A stretch of 64,000 bases of DNA. Source: Octopus vulgaris. Its lineage: Eukaryota. The notes under the pieces were generated by a model. It was not told where the DNA came from. It saw only the letters and a list, made by a program, of their open reading frames with translations, and searched no databases. Where the stretch lies: assembly GCA_951406725.2 (NCBI GenBank), contig OX597816.1, positions 180,296,001 to 180,360,000 on the forward strand, read 5' to 3'. This document shows positions 14,806 through 29,559 of the stretch, piece after piece. The first letter of the stretch is position 1. Every line of letters begins with the position of its first letter. The translations under genes and the position numbers were made by a program.

Positions 14806-15003
14806 ATGTGTGACCCCACCATTTGGCAACTAGTGTTGATTTGTTTACATCCCTGCAAATTAGCAGTTTGGAAAAAGTGACCAATAGAATAAGTGCCAGG
14901 TTTAAGAAAAAGGGATAAGTTCTGGGATCAATTTGTTTCAAAGAAACCCTTCAAAGGAGTGCCCCAGCATAGCTGCAGTCCAGTGACTGAAAAAATTAAA
15001 AGT
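14605..15003 (+). mobile_element. SINE family A copy
   Basis: Family A head, (TG)n linker, tail. Confidence 0.8.
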
Positions 15004-15244
15004 GTATAAACTGATGTAGTGTCACACAGTAAGGGTGATGGAAGAAGAAGAGGAAGGTCAACCAAGCAGGCCTCTAAAGAAGTGAATTGAGTAGACGTAG
15101 AGAGAGTGTGTTATAATAATTACATAAGAATAAGTGATTGTTGTGAATTGATGAGTCTTTGAGTTGTCATGGTGTGATGATGAGTGAATTGCCAGTCAGA
15201 TGACCATTTTTTCTATGATGTCATGGTTATTTGTGTGCCTAGTG

Positions 15245-15612
15245 TAACTATGTGGTAAGAAGCTAGCTTCCCAACTTCATGGTTCCAGGTTCAGTCCTAC
15301 TACATGGCACTGTCTTCTTCTATAGCCTTGGGCCAACCAAAGCTGTGAGAGTGAATCTGGTAGACAGAAACTGAAAGAAGCCTGTTGTTGTGTGTGTGTG
15401 TATGTCCTACCACTGCTTGCCAACTGGCGCTGGTGTATTTACATTCCCCTAACTTAGCAGTTCAACAAAAGAGGCAAGAGAATAAGTACCAGGCTTTAAA
15501 AAAAATATGTATAAACAGAAAAGAAGTACTGGGGTTAATTCATTCGACTAAAAATTCTTCTAGGCAGTGCCCCAGCATGGCCGCAGTTGAATGATTGAAA
15601 CAAGTAAAAGAT
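15245..15612 (+). mobile_element. SINE family A copy
   Basis: Family A head and tail. Confidence 0.8.
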
Positions 15613-15735
15613 GGCAACAGCACAATGCTAGAAGCAGATACTTCAATGTAAATTTTTGTTTTTATTACATTTGGTGAGGGATTAACCACTGATCAGAACC
15701 GAATTGTTTTCTGTCTCTCAAGAGTAAAACCTACT

Positions 15736-15973
15736 TATTTCTTTATTGCCCACAAGGGGCTAAACATAGAGGGGGACAAACAAGGACAGACAAAGCGATT
15801 AAGTCGATTACATTGACCCCAGTGCGTAACTGGTACTTAATTTATCGACCTCGAAAGGATGAAAGGCAAAGTCGACCTTGGCGGAATTTGAACTCAGAAC
15901 GTAACGGCAGATGAAATACTGCTGAGCACTTCGCCCAGCATGCTAACATTTCTGCCAGCTCACTGCCTTCACT
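15736..15973 (-). mobile_element. Young SINE family B with 18-bp target-site duplication
   Basis: TSD tcaagagWaaaacctact at 15718-15735 and 15974-15991; body tcgaaaggatgaaaggcaaagtcgac...atttgaactcagaacg. Confidence 0.9.
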
Positions 15974-16251
15974 TCAAGAGAAAAACCTACTGTTTAGGAT
16001 GCATTTATGGCAATGTCATAAATGTGGGAGGTCACAGTCAGAGATCATTAGAAATTGAAATGCTTAGAATTAATAATGACTTTAAGAATTTTATTTGTAT
16101 GTCTGTGACTAGAGCATGAGTAGGAGAAGGCATTTTCTGTGATGTATAGTGATTGTGGATGTGTGGGGTTATAGTGTGTTGCATGTTTGTATTTCATGTG
16201 AGAAGTCTGTCTATGTTCATACTGTGTACATTAGATGTTGTGTGTGTGTAT

Positions 16252-16288
<37 letters not shown>

Positions 16289-16596
16289 GTTGTATCTGTT
16301 ATGTGTAGTGGCTGCCATTCATTAGTTATTGATCTAGTTACAGTAAAAGGTTTCAACATACAGCAAAAAAAAAATGACATGAAAGCAAAACAAAAAAGCA
16401 AAAATATGTAATTAAATTGCTTTTTCAGTTATAAATATCAGATAGATTAGGTTTTACCCACAAAAGAATTAACTCATTATTCTTTCTTGTGTTTTGTCAT
16501 GTGTGAAGCTAATTATAAAAACCTGTCTAAGTGGATTTGTTTAGAACTTTGGGTTCCAACTTACCTGGTTTCCACCACACCCACTTTAGGGAGTGG

Positions 16597-17808
<1,212 letters not shown>

Positions 17809-17810
17809 GT

Positions 17811-18149
17811 GTGCATGGCTCAGTGGTTAGAGCGTCGAGCTTACGATCGTGAGGTTGTGAGCTCGAATCCCGGACCGGGCTGCGTGTTGTGTTCTCGAGC
17901 AAGGCACTTTATTTCACGTTGCTCCAGTTCACTCAGCTGTAGAAATGAGCTGCGACGTCACTGGTGCCAAGCTGTATCGACCTTTGTCTTTCCCTTGGAT
18001 AACACTGGTGGCGTGGAGAGGGGAGGCTGGTATGCATGGGCGACTGCTGGTCTTCCATAAACAACCTTGCCCGGACTTGTGTCTAGGAGGGTAACTTTCT
18101 AGGTGCAATCCCATGGTCATTCATGACCGAAGGGGGTCTTTACCCTTTT
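17811..18149 (+). mobile_element. Young tRNA-derived CORE-type SINE (head resembles tRNA-Arg ACG)
   Basis: A box tggctcagtgg, B box-like gctcgaatcc, ttACGat loop, CORE-like gagcaaggcactttatttcac...cactcagctgtagaaatg; CpG-rich. Confidence 0.85.
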
Positions 18150-19083
18150 ATATATTTATACATACACATACCAATTTATCTTCCTGTTTATTTATCTATT
18201 TGTGTGTCTGTGTGTGTGTGCTTGTGTATATGTCTGCCTGTCTAGCCACACATATATATATGTATATAAATGTTGGTGACAGTGTTTAGAATGAAAAAGT
18301 AGTCAATATACAAAGTAGAGCGGTATATTCTATTAGAAGCTGATGCTTTTTAAGTCTTAACCCTGAGTTTCGTGTTACTGAATTTTCAAACAATTGAAGT
18401 TGGACTGCAACATGACAATGTATAAACAAAAATAGATGTAACACACCAAAAATGAAAGTCTCCCTTGCAAACAGAAAGCATACAGGGTCTCTGAAAACCT
18501 CTTTAAAAAAATGTATGTGTTTTACATTCAGATTTTCCGAAAAATTTAAATTGATTCATCCATTACAGAACATTCCTATTTGCTAAATTAACATCTCTAA
18601 AAATTTTTTTTTTTTTTTTATTGTTACTCTGGGATATATGAGCAATTTTAAATAAAAGATTAGAATAGGTGAATTCTTGTAGACATTTCCTTCAAAATTT
18701 CTTGAGAAATTTCCAACTACCAACTGGCTAAAATAGTTTATTTCCTACATCACAAATTTTCCATAACCTGACAGATGTTACATAATTTAAAAAATTGTGC
18801 TTTCATGTAGTCTATAATACACATAATACTAAATACATAAAAACATCGTATGTTTTTGCATGTGAACAAATGAATGTATGATATATTCTGTACATGACAG
18901 TTGAATTGAGAAATGTATGTCAGATTGCCTGATGTTTTCTTTCTATACCTTTTTAAACCAGTCGTATTTTAAAGAATTTGCAAATATTTTTGCTTATATA
19001 TTTATCATGCTGCTTTCCCATCTCAACTATTTAAACCATTAGCAGCATAAAACTCCGGAGTTAGAATTCAAGAAGCTTATCCT

Positions 19084-19140
<57 letters not shown>

Positions 19141-19144
19141 ATGT

Positions 19145-19370
19145 GAAGGTGCATGGTTTTGTGGTTAGGGTGTTTGTCTCATGATCATAATGTAGTGGGT
19201 TTGACTTCCAGACTCGGTGGCTCAGTGTGTCTTTCATTAATGCACTTCATTTCACAATGCTCCATCTGCATAGCTAAAAATAAGCTCAGCCAAGTGCTAG
19301 TGTAGATGGGAGAGTCAAAAAGGTGTCTGTGTCTACTACAGAGGCATCTAACAATGTTACCAGGCCATAC
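19145..19370 (+). mobile_element. Degenerate CORE-type SINE after a (TAG)n tract
   Basis: gaaggtgcatggttttgtggttaggg head; gcacttcatttcacaatgctcca core. Confidence 0.6.
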
Positions 19371-19489
19371 TTATTCACAGAATATGAGACAAAAGGCCTT
19401 GCATATTCAGATTACAGCCTTTTAAGCTCTTGTTTCAAATCCTGCCAAACTTTACTTTGCTTTGTATTATTCTAGTATCAGGAAAATAA

Positions 19490-19783
19490 AAAGATTAGTG
19501 AAGTATTCGCTGGTGCCAGTAGCCTCTGAGTGACCCCCATGCCGGTGGCATGTAAAAAGCACTATCTGAATGCCAGGGCCGCCTGACTGGCTCCTGTGCT
19601 GTTGTCATATAAAAAGCACCTACTACACTCTTGGAGTGGTTGGCATTAGGAAGGGCATCCTGCTGTAGAAACATTGCCAGGATCAGATTGGAGCCTGGTG
19701 CAGCCACTTGCTTTTCAGACCTCAGTCAAACCGTCCTATCTATGCCAGCATGGAAAGCAGACGTTAAACAACGATGATAATGA
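19490..19783 (+). mobile_element. RTE-type LINE 3' end
   Basis: gttggcattaggaagggcatcc...catggaaagcagacgttaaac tail. Confidence 0.85.
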
Positions 19784-20449
19784 TGTACATATCCCTAAAC
19801 ACATACTCCTTTTTGCCAATTCAAATAATAATGAACCTTGTACACAGGTTATGAGGTCTTCTCAGTGAATTCAATTCAGTTTGAAAGTCACTTGGTATGT
19901 ATTTTGCAGACACTGCAAAAAGGAGACAAAAAAATGAAGGTGAAAATAATCATCTCTAGTCAGATTTGAACTCATAAATGTAAGTCTTGTCTTTAGATAT
20001 TATGTCACCTTGTCATTTACGTTGCTGTTGGTTAAATCGAACTCTAATCTAGCCGACCTGTGATCAGTTATTCCAGCCTGGCCAATTCCATCTACTCAGA
20101 ATTAATTTTACTCAGACCACATTGTCAAGCATATCCTTCTTTTTTATTGATGGCAGGGCAGTGTTGGTTAAGGTTAGAGTTAAGAGATTTGTCTGCTGTT
20201 TCTTGCAGTCCTTGTAAATACTTTGAAACTCTTTCACTAGCTTGTCATTTGCATTGTCGATACTAAATATAATTAAGCTAGTTCTTGTCTAATTAGATAA
20301 TGCAGGATGAAGGAATAGTATTTGACCTGATGTGACAGTTAGATGTATTGTAAATCTAAATCTTAGTGAATGAAGTTAATTTAATATATAAAGCACAAAA
20401 CAAAAAGAAAAATTATGAATCAAAGAGGGGGAGTGTTGATATGATGAGG

Positions 20450-20785
20450 GAGGGTGGTGTTAATAGTGATAATGATGATGGTGATGATGAGAGTAACGTT
20501 GACAATTGTAGGGGAGTGATGATGATGCTTGTGGTAATAGATGATAGTGATGGTGGTAGTGAGAATGGTGGTGGTGGTGGTGGTGGAAGATGATGGCAAT
20601 AGCAAGGGTAGCGAGGTAGTAATGATAGTAATGGTGGTGATGATGGTGATGGTAGAGAAAAGTGGTAATATTAGACATTAGTGATGATGATGAGGATGTT
20701 ACTGGAAGCAGTGGCATTGGTGGTGATGTAGTTGGTGGTGATGGTTGGTTTTGGTGATGACATAGGGATAGTGGTATTGATGAGA
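20450..20785. repeat. Cryptic (GAT/GGT)n low-complexity tract
   Basis: Seen directly. Confidence 0.85.
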
Positions 20786-21000
20786 AAAGAAACAAGCAAG
20801 CAAAAAGTCAACAATGATGACTTGGAGACAATATCAGAGTGTGTTGATGCTAACGTAATATTGTCACATTATCGTTAGAGACACCTTATAAGGCCAACAA
20901 CATTAAAAGCAACAACAAATGTACAAAAAAACAAAAACTACTTAGGAACTGTGCAAACAATAAATTTACAAATAGTAACAATAATGCCAGTGGGGTGTCT

Positions 21001-21042
<42 letters not shown>

Positions 21043-22644
21043 GCATATGTGTGTGTGTGTGTGTGATATTGGTCTGTGCTTCTGTGTATCTGTATGTAAC
21101 TTTTTGGCTGATCTAACCTGTTCGTTACTGAGGCATTTCAATGTCTTTAGTTAATCAGGTTTGGTGTTGCAGCATAATTCACCACACTGAGTACATGACA
21201 AATACTGGTTGGGGAAGGAAGGGAAACAGATATATATATATAGAGAGAGAGAGAGAGGCTGAGAGAGAAGGAGGAAGGGATGGGGAGAAAGAGAGAGAGA
21301 AAACTTCAATTAACTGAACGTGTATATAAGCATGCATAAATGCATTTATGCATGCATGCTTGCAGGCAAACACACTTCTGAAATATCTTCTGTTGCTGCA
21401 ACTGCACTAAAGATACAAAAAAAGCTCACTCGTGCTGTTAGAGTGTTTTGGTGATGGTGACGAGAAGGAGTAAGAAAAGTTTAGAGGAGGAGGAGGAAGA
21501 GGAGAAAAAGTCAATTAGAGAGAGAAAGAGGCTGTTTTTGTTTTTTGTAGGATTTGTTTGAGATCACTAAATTTTTTCATTATTTTGTTTGTTTGTTTTG
21601 TTTCTTTTTTTTTTATTTATTTTTGTTTTCATTATTTTTCTCCCATGTAAACAAGATTTGCAGGTAATGTATTCATTCAGCATTTAGGGACTGATTCGTT
21701 CAAGAAATCAATACTTATGTCACAGTGGCAAAGATGATAATGGTTGTGGTTGAGTGTTGGTGGAAGTTGTCTGTATTGCATATATGCATGTGCTTGGGGA
21801 TATGTACAGATGTGTATCTGCTCATGAATACATGCTTTATCAAAGGGGATATGCATGATTATATCAAAGTATAAGCATGCGTTTGTGTGTCTGTGCATAT
21901 AATGTGAGTATGTGTATGTACATATGATAATAACTCATTGTGTATGCAACCATTGAATAACCAATCCTATCCAGTGTGCAGCAACAACACATCGAAAATT
22001 TGTGATTTTCTAAACTGTATGCAAAAAATGATCGGTCACCCATTGTTTTTAATCTCTACCTGCCTCAGCCATCACTTGCAAGCAAGTATGATTTGGCAGT
22101 ATGTGCCATGCTGTCACTAGTTGGCATATGTGTGTATGTAACCATCCTCTGACACCGATACCCTTTCAGTTCTCCCACCCTAGCAGAACTTGCACTGGTA
22201 CCTTACTGGTATTCCTTTAGCTGAGTTGACCAGGATCCACTTAGCTGTAAATGAGTAACCAGGGGGAATGTTGGGATTTCAATCATTTATACACCATGGA
22301 AACTAGGTAAGTGGCCCCATGAGTCAGTCCTAGAACTCATGACAATAATGTCCAGAGGTCAGGATTCTTGGGCACTTTACATGTGCCCAAGAATCCTGAT
22401 CTGGAGTTAAACTACTTAGGAGTCTCTATCTATTGTCATTCATCTTGATGAGAATTGCAATCAAATCTCCCTCAAATCACACTTCACTCTCCTAGAAAGA
22501 AGGGGACAAATTAAACAGTAATCGTAGTAATTCCTTGGAAAGAAAGACACCATGTTTGAAATGTCTTTGAACATATGTATACTTGATAAGGACTGACCTG
22601 AAATTGAATAATTAGATACATTATATATTCTGAGCACGCTTTCA

Positions 22645-22953
22645 GTTACAACAATGACGGTTCCAATTGATCCGATCAGCAGAACAGCCTGTTCGTGAAA
22701 TTAATGTGCAACTGCCTGAGTACTCCACAGACACATGTACCCTTAATGTAGTTCTCAGAGAGATTCAACGTGACACTGAGTGTGACAAGGCTCATCCTTT
22801 GAAATACAGGTACTACTCATTTTTGCCAGGTGAGTGAACTGGAGCAACGTGAAATAAAGTGTCTTTCTCAAAGACACAATGTGCTGCCAGAAATCAAACT
22901 TACGACCTTAAGATTGTAAGCCAAATACACTAACCACTGAGTTACATGCCTTC
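22645..22953 (-). mobile_element. CORE-type SINE with a different 3' tail
   Basis: Reverse complement of the head (ctaaccactgagttacatgccttc) and core (ctggagcaacgtgaaataaagtgtc). Confidence 0.8.
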
Positions 22954-23580
22954 GCTATTATATAATAGCTATACTACATATTCAAACCAGTGGGAGCCTC
23001 TATGTAGTATTGGCCTGGTAAAAGTAGTGTTCATATCTCAGTCAAATACTCTCTACCATCTTAAAAATACAAGGACACAATGAACAATGTAACCTTACAT
23101 TATTGCTAATCATGGCTTGGATGCCTTTGATCATAGACCTGCTCAATAATGGCTGGTGTGGTGTTAAACAGTGACAGATATATAGACACAGATGGAAAGA
23201 GGAGAACAGTTAACACTTCTAAACTGCTATATACAGTTAATCACAGTTTGTCAGAATATGAAGTGTGTTCCTTGACTAAACAGTATGGCGTTGCCTATTT
23301 GAAGCTATGAATATGGCAGTGTTTAAGAAGTTAACTTTACAACAGTGTGATTTGATCCCACTGCATGATAGCTTTAGCTAATGTTTTCTGCTTTGTAACC
23401 TAGTCAGTAAAATTCAGCAGACATTAAGTCTATGGAGATTGCACATTGTGTGTGTGTGTGTGTATGGAGGTGATTTCCAGCATTTTTAAGTGGACCACTT
23501 GAAAGTTATGGAAATCCTTTCCACATGAAACCATCAAATGTCAGTGTTGAGCTTCATTCTCAGTGTTTGATATCATTGTG

Positions 23581-23611
<31 letters not shown>

Positions 23612-24352
23612 TGATGTGACACTGGTGTTTGGACCAAAAGTACATCAAGTTATATCAATTTACAAAAGCTGACTTAGCCACCTAATAAATATTGATCGAT
23701 GAAAGCAGTATCTGACTAAGAACTTCAATTTATATATTAAAACATCCTTGAGGATGGTGTCCTCTCAACAACAACAGTACATCATAATTTTCTTCATATA
23801 CCCCACTTTTACATGAACCTGCATATATTCACATATATAGATATACTCCAGTGGCTTCTAATATGACTCAACCTACTAGAAATGGCAGTTAGATCTTTCT
23901 CATATCATACCCAGCCATCTTAAATAATAGGGCAGGGAAACATCAGATAAAGTATTTCTAGATATCTACATTTTATTTGCAAACAAAACAAACAAGATGG
24001 TCACAGCTGGCATGCCTTTGAAGCTAAACAATATTGACATGAGGTCCATAAACATCTCCTGCACAGTATTACATCAATTGCAAAATATGCCACACTACTC
24101 TACATCCAGCTTGTTTATGTCCTCCACTCAACTATAACCACATATATATATATATTCAGACATGCATCACGACATTCCATGAATCACCATGTCTCATCTA
24201 TGTTGTCTTAAATTTTTTGTTTTTTTGTGTGTGTGTTTATGGAACCATCTACACCTTTCCATATTCATTATTATCAAATCATTCTACATGAGTGATTTCA
24301 CTTGTTGAGGCTGTTGAGTGACATATGATGTGTGTGTGCATATATGTATGTG

Positions 24353-24388
<36 letters not shown>

Positions 24389-24937
24389 TGTGTGTGAACA
24401 TCTGTGCATTTATGGAAAGATAGACAGGCAGACAGGCAGGCAGGCATGTTATCTTACATCTTTCACATCAACTATCCCATAAAAGAACCTTTCTACCTGA
24501 TCAATTATTTTGATTGGCTGCCTTGCTACATAAAAACCATTTTCCATTCTCCAAATATTTGTTTGACAGCATCCAACTAGCTATTATTTACCCATACATT
24601 CAATGCTACTCTTTTCTATCCATACAGTTTCAAATCTATTCACCTAAACCACACAGGTAAACATGACAATCTCCAATTTCTGATACTTGTGATACATGTT
24701 GTAGCTGCAGAAAGCATCTATCACTGTTGGAAAGCATTCACTCTTGATACAAAATATACCAATCAGTATATGTAAATAAATGTCTATATCTGCCTGAGTG
24801 TGTGTTTAAATGTTGTGTTTTGAGGGATAGATCCATGATTATATGTAAAAGACATTTTTTTAATGACTTTCCAATAATATAAATTTTAATCAGATATTTA
24901 GTGTTATATGAGTCTGTGTATGTCTGATCTGACTACA

Positions 24938-25270
24938 TTATGGATGTATGGTAAGGAGTTTGCTTCCTAACCACATGGTTCTAGGTTCAAACCCACCCCC
25001 CTTGGACAAGTGTCTTCTATTGTAGCCATGAGCCAACCAAAATCTTGTGAGTGGATTTGATTGGTAGAAACTGAAAGAAGTTGTATGTATGTGTGTTAGT
25101 GTGTGTGTGTGTGTGGTGGCTCTTTGTCTGACACTATGCAATTGTTGTAAATGATTGTCACTATCATACATGCAGTGTCATTTATTTCCAATATTCCATG
25201 TGACCATGTTTGGCTATGGGGAAATATTACCTTGTTTGAAAACAGACAAGTGTTGGCAACAGGAAGAAAT
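24938..25270 (+). mobile_element. SINE family A head with alternative tail (RTE-like gttggcaacaggaag end)
   Basis: Family A head, then ttgtaaatgattgtcac...ggggaaatattaccttgtttgaaaacag; the same tail recurs near 57995-58220. Confidence 0.65.
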
Positions 25271-25562
25271 CTAGCACGAAAAAGTGGATTTTATATTGAT
25301 GATGATAGATGTATATATTGTTTACATCATAAGAATTTAGAAATTTCAAGAGGACATGAAACGATTCAGTTTAATGCTTGAACTTGAAGTAGATAAAGCT
25401 ATAAATAATCATTTTTACTCAAGATGTGGGTTCATGCTCCTTGGGCAGACTTTGATTATCTTATATCCAAAGGGTCTTTTTACCTAATATTTACACACAA
25501 ATATTTATCACTTAATTTACTTCAAGTTCATACATTAAAAATGAATGATACATACATATATA

Positions 25563-25700
25563 CAGTGGTGGGCGCTGCCAACCAAAAAGTTAGCTTTGCT
25601 AACCACTAATCTGCTAACTAGAAAGTTAGCTTCACAAACACTAAAACGCTAAACAGGTGAAAAAATTAGTGGAAGCCAATGCTAAATGATAACTGCTAAA
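25563..25700 (+). mobile_element. hAT-like DNA transposon terminus
   Basis: CAGTGGTGGG start followed by multiple gctaac/gttagc subterminal motifs in both orientations; the opposite end was not found. Confidence 0.5.
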
Positions 25701-25702
25701 AG

Positions 25703-26028
25703 AATATGGTTATACATTATATCTAATTATTATGATTAAATTTTATTTGATTTAAAATTAGGGTTTTATTTATTTTCTAAAGAATCAAACATTATCTTAT
25801 TGAATAGGCAATTCAGTTTATGTTTACATTTAATTTTTCATTCATCCTGGGTGATCTGTCTTATTTTAGCCTTTAATATTTCCATAAATTCTTGTGTACA
25901 CAGAAGACAGAATTCATTACCTATTCTATATGATTTCGTTTTACATATTATTTCCCAATAAATAAAACCCTAATTTTAAATCAAATAAAATCTAATCATA
26001 ATAATTAGATATAGTGTATAACCATATT
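25703..26028. repeat. 72-bp AT-rich inverted repeat with 182-nt spacer
   Basis: 25703-25774 is the reverse complement of 25957-26028 with about 2 mismatches. Confidence 0.9.
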
Positions 26029-27051
26029 TTTTTTATTATTTAGGATAACTAGAATATATCTACTTATTTATATATAAATGTAAGATAATATTATTAGTTA
26101 ACTTCTAATTCTGATATTTTAGTTTCTTAATAAAAATCTATGGTATATAAACTTTTAATCTTAATTTAGAAACTCAAGTTTAAGAATAACATCAATTTTA
26201 AGAATAATAGTATAATCAATATATATTAATTGTATTATAATTATAAAAATGATGAAAAATTTTACTGTCTTCTACTTAATTCAAAATATTTTTAATTATT
26301 TGAAAATTATATGTTGAGTAATTTAGTTTACCTATTTACCGACCTAGAAATTTATTATTTATCAAAGTCAACGTAAAAATAAATTGAATTAACCAGGAAA
26401 AAAAATTAGACAATTCCCATCATACACTAACTTCTGGCTTCTCCTGATTTATTATTATTATAAATAATAGAAAATACCTTTTAAGAACTTTTAAATGTTA
26501 ATAAGAATTATCTCCCCTACAAAGTAGCTCTCAATGTTGGATTATACAATTGATGGTAGCCATGTTTAATTCATGGAGAGAAAATTACCATACAGATAAG
26601 TTAACATTTCTTTTTACTAACATTTCTTTTTCCTACTTTTATTCCACATTGCTGTTCATTATTTACTAAAGTAAAATTATTCCAACGACTTCTAGTTATA
26701 TAATTTTAGTTTGTCATGTCTTAATATATGATGTAAATAGCAAAATAAGTTCATATAAGATAGACCTGAAGATTGGCAATATAACTGATTTAATATGGTA
26801 TTGTATAGAGACATTCTATTTCAGCAATATTGAGGAATATGTTGTCATGAAATGTGCGTAGTCAAGATAATGTAAAGTATATGATTTGTAATAAGAATTA
26901 AAGGTATTAATTTTGATAATTTGAAATAAGAATTGTAGGTATTAATTTTGATAATTTTAATATTTAGTCCTATATGAACATATTGTAGATAATGTCATTC
27001 AATGATGATTGAGTTGCTTGAGGGCGATTCTGTCTCTTAAACCTATCTATT

Positions 27052-27092
<41 letters not shown>

Positions 27093-27436
27093 CAAGATTA
27101 ACAGACCTAGACTGTATAAAGGTGATAGACTGTCACACACTTTCTAATGAGAAAAGAGAGAATCAACATTATCAATAACTGTTATATATATTTATGTGTA
27201 TGTTTGTCCCACCACTTTCAATTGGCAACTGATGTTGATGTGCCTCCTTAATTTAGCAGTTTCGCAAAAGAGGCTAATAGAATAAGTACTAAACTTACAG
27301 AGAATAAGTCCTAAGGCTGATTTCTTCATCTAAAAACCATTTAAGGTAGTGCTCCAGCATGGGCACAGTTGAATCACTGAAGCAAGTAAAAGTACGAGTA
27401 AAAGAATATACATATATATGTTTCATATTTAAGTCT

Positions 27437-27600
27437 AGGTGCAAGCATGGCTGTGTGGTAAGAAACTTGCTTCCCAACCACATGGTTCCAGGTTCAGTCC
27501 CACTGCATGTCACCTTGAGCAAGTTCTTCTACTATAGCTTTGGGCTGACAAAAGCCTTGTGCATGGATTTGGAGACAGAAACTGAGAGAAGCCCATCATG
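27437..27600 (+). mobile_element. 5' half of the SINE family A copy split by the Helitron cluster
   Basis: Head runs to gaagcccatcatg-(TA)n; the 3' half resumes near 34760. Confidence 0.85.
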
Positions 27601-28128
27601 TATATATATATATATCTCTTATTATAAAAGGCAGATTTTATCTGCCTCCCTTTGGGAGTTATACAAATCTACAATATAGGATTTCTTCAATTACAATTTA
27701 CCTAGCATTTTTAAGAGTACAATGCATCGCGTCATGCCAGGTCCAGTTTTTAAAATTTAAACTCCAATTAAGCAAAATTTACAGAAAACTCACATTCTGG
27801 TGTGTGTGTCAAATGCTTTTCTTAGTCTGGTTTACACCACACGCAAACGCACACACACACAGTGGGCAACGAATAAAATGAAAGTAAATTCACTTACTGT
27901 AGTGAGTGATTCTTTCACTCTGCCTCCCACTTCCGCTTTCCACACATAGACACGCAAATATATAAATAAAATTGTAAGCTAACGTGCATGTGTGTGAGTG
28001 TGTGTGTGTGTGTGTGTGTGCGCGTGTGTGTGTGTGTGTGAGGGTGTGTGTGTGTGTGCGTGTGCATGAGTGTGTGACAGGAAAGTTTTTTACGACGAAT
28101 ATAACACCTATATCCAAGTAGCAGAAAG

Positions 28129-28394
28129 ATAAGACAGTAAGGTGTGATTTGAGGGAGATTTGGCTGCTATTTCTACCATGTCTAGCTGCCATGTAGGGGT
28201 CTCCCTCATAGGTTCATACATACATATATACATAGATAAGACAGTAAGGTGTGATTTGGGGCAAATTTGGCTGCTATTTCTACCAGGTCTAGCTACCATG
28301 TAAGAGGTCCCCCTCATTGGCTCATATATATATACATACATAAGACAGTAAGGTGTGATTTGAGGGAGATTTGGCTGCTGTTTCTACCAGGTCT
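28129..28394 (+). repeat. ~105-bp x3 sub-repeat (also in units 2 and 3), derived from a dispersed repeat
   Basis: ataagacagtaaggtgtgatttg at 28129, 28236 and 28340; related motif also near 6685, 22455(-) and 63740(-). Confidence 0.9.
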
Positions 28395-28744
28395 GTTAGG
28401 CCTTCGCATGTAAACTCAAGCTTTCTCATGCCTTGAACATAAGACCAAAGCAGAGAATGTATTCTTTTATTCTTCTGCTTTTTCCAGCCATTGGTCTGTG
28501 GCCATGCTGGGGCAATGCCTTGAAGAATTGTAGTTTAATGAATCAACTCCAGTTTTATTTTTATAAGCATTGTACTTATTCTATCTGTTTCCTTTGTCAA
28601 ACCACTAGGTAAACAAACCAACATTCGTTGTCAAGCAGTGGTGGAGGACAATCACAAGCACAGACATGCACACACACACACATACATGCATACACATATA
28701 CACACATACATACATACATATATATATATGTGTGTATATATATA

Positions 28745-29002
28745 TTGCAGCGTGGAAGGTGTTTCTAAGCCATTTAAGAAACACACAAAAACCCTTACAT
28801 TCACTTCAACATTTAAATTTAATTTGCCAAAATATTTTCGTCGCTTTGAGACCGCGACCTGTTCACTGACAAAAATATCATGCTAACAGGTCGTGGTCTC
28901 AAAGCGACGAAAATATTTTGACAAATTAAATTTAAATGTTGAAGTGAATCTAACGTTTTTGTGTGTTTCTTAAATGGCTTATAAACACCTTCAACGCTGC
29001 AA
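28745..29002. mobile_element. Penelope-like inverted pLTR fragment (arms ~118 bp, 21-nt spacer), copy 1
   Basis: 28745-28863 is the reverse complement of 28885-29002; contains a hammerhead motif; further copies at 31074-31332 and 33421-33680. Confidence 0.75.
28823..28873 (-). ncRNA. Minimal type I hammerhead ribozyme motif, G3-C8 core variant (copy 1)
   Basis: UUUGUCA-GUGAACA-G-GUCGC-ggucucaaa-GCGAC-GAAA-AUAU-UU-UGGCAAA: stem I of 7 bp, stem II of 5 bp, palindromic stem III. Confidence 0.7.
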
Positions 29003-29164
29003 CTGTTTTCGTTCCAGCACACGATCTCAGATCAAGTCACTTGCTATGCAAGTACATCTCTGTAACTATATATATATTTATATATATATATATATGTATA
29101 TTGGTAAAAACAGTAAGATAACAAAAGAAAGAAAGAGACCTCAATATTATGTAAATAGAGGAAA

Positions 29165-29559
29165 TCTTTATATATAAAAGTGAGGTTGTGTGTCTGTCTC
29201 CTACGATTTAGATTCCTAACTACTCCCACATTTTGCGGTGCAGTTTAACCAAAACCGGGTATCTTATAGTCGTGATTCATATCGAGACCGTCTGGGTATT
29301 AGCGCGCGTCTACGATGAGTCTACGATTTAAAAAAAAATTTACCATCAATTTTTCCCATTTTTAATCCATTTTTGACATATATAAGGGAAGTAACTCTCT
29401 AAAATTTATTATTAAATCTCAGAACGTAAAAAGCTACAGTAACACCCCTCCCCCTTTGTGGTTAGCCATATTGAGATGGCTATTATACTTTACATCTCTA
29501 AAAATGCTTATATAATTATTTCCCTTACAAACCCGAGCAACGCCGGGCGATACTGCTAG
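29165..29559 (+). mobile_element. Non-autonomous Helitron C (395 bp), copy 1
   Basis: a|TCtttatatataaaag 5' end; 3' hairpin cccgagcaacgccggg plus cgatactgCTAG. Confidence 0.9.

Noticed and set aside
17811-17880. tRNA gene
   Set aside because: No proper acceptor or anticodon stems; it continues into a SINE core and tail
20366-20795. His/Thr/Gly-rich ORFs
   Set aside because: Products of a GAT/GGT low-complexity tract with no splice or homology support
26410-26530. COI-like NUMT (ttctggcttctcc and tatctccccta resemble FWLL and YPPL)
   Set aside because: No continuous frame and too degenerate; it would need a blastn/tblastx hit to mtDNA
28129-28394. Repeat-spacer array
   Set aside because: The intervening sequences are also homologous, so this is a plain tandem triplication
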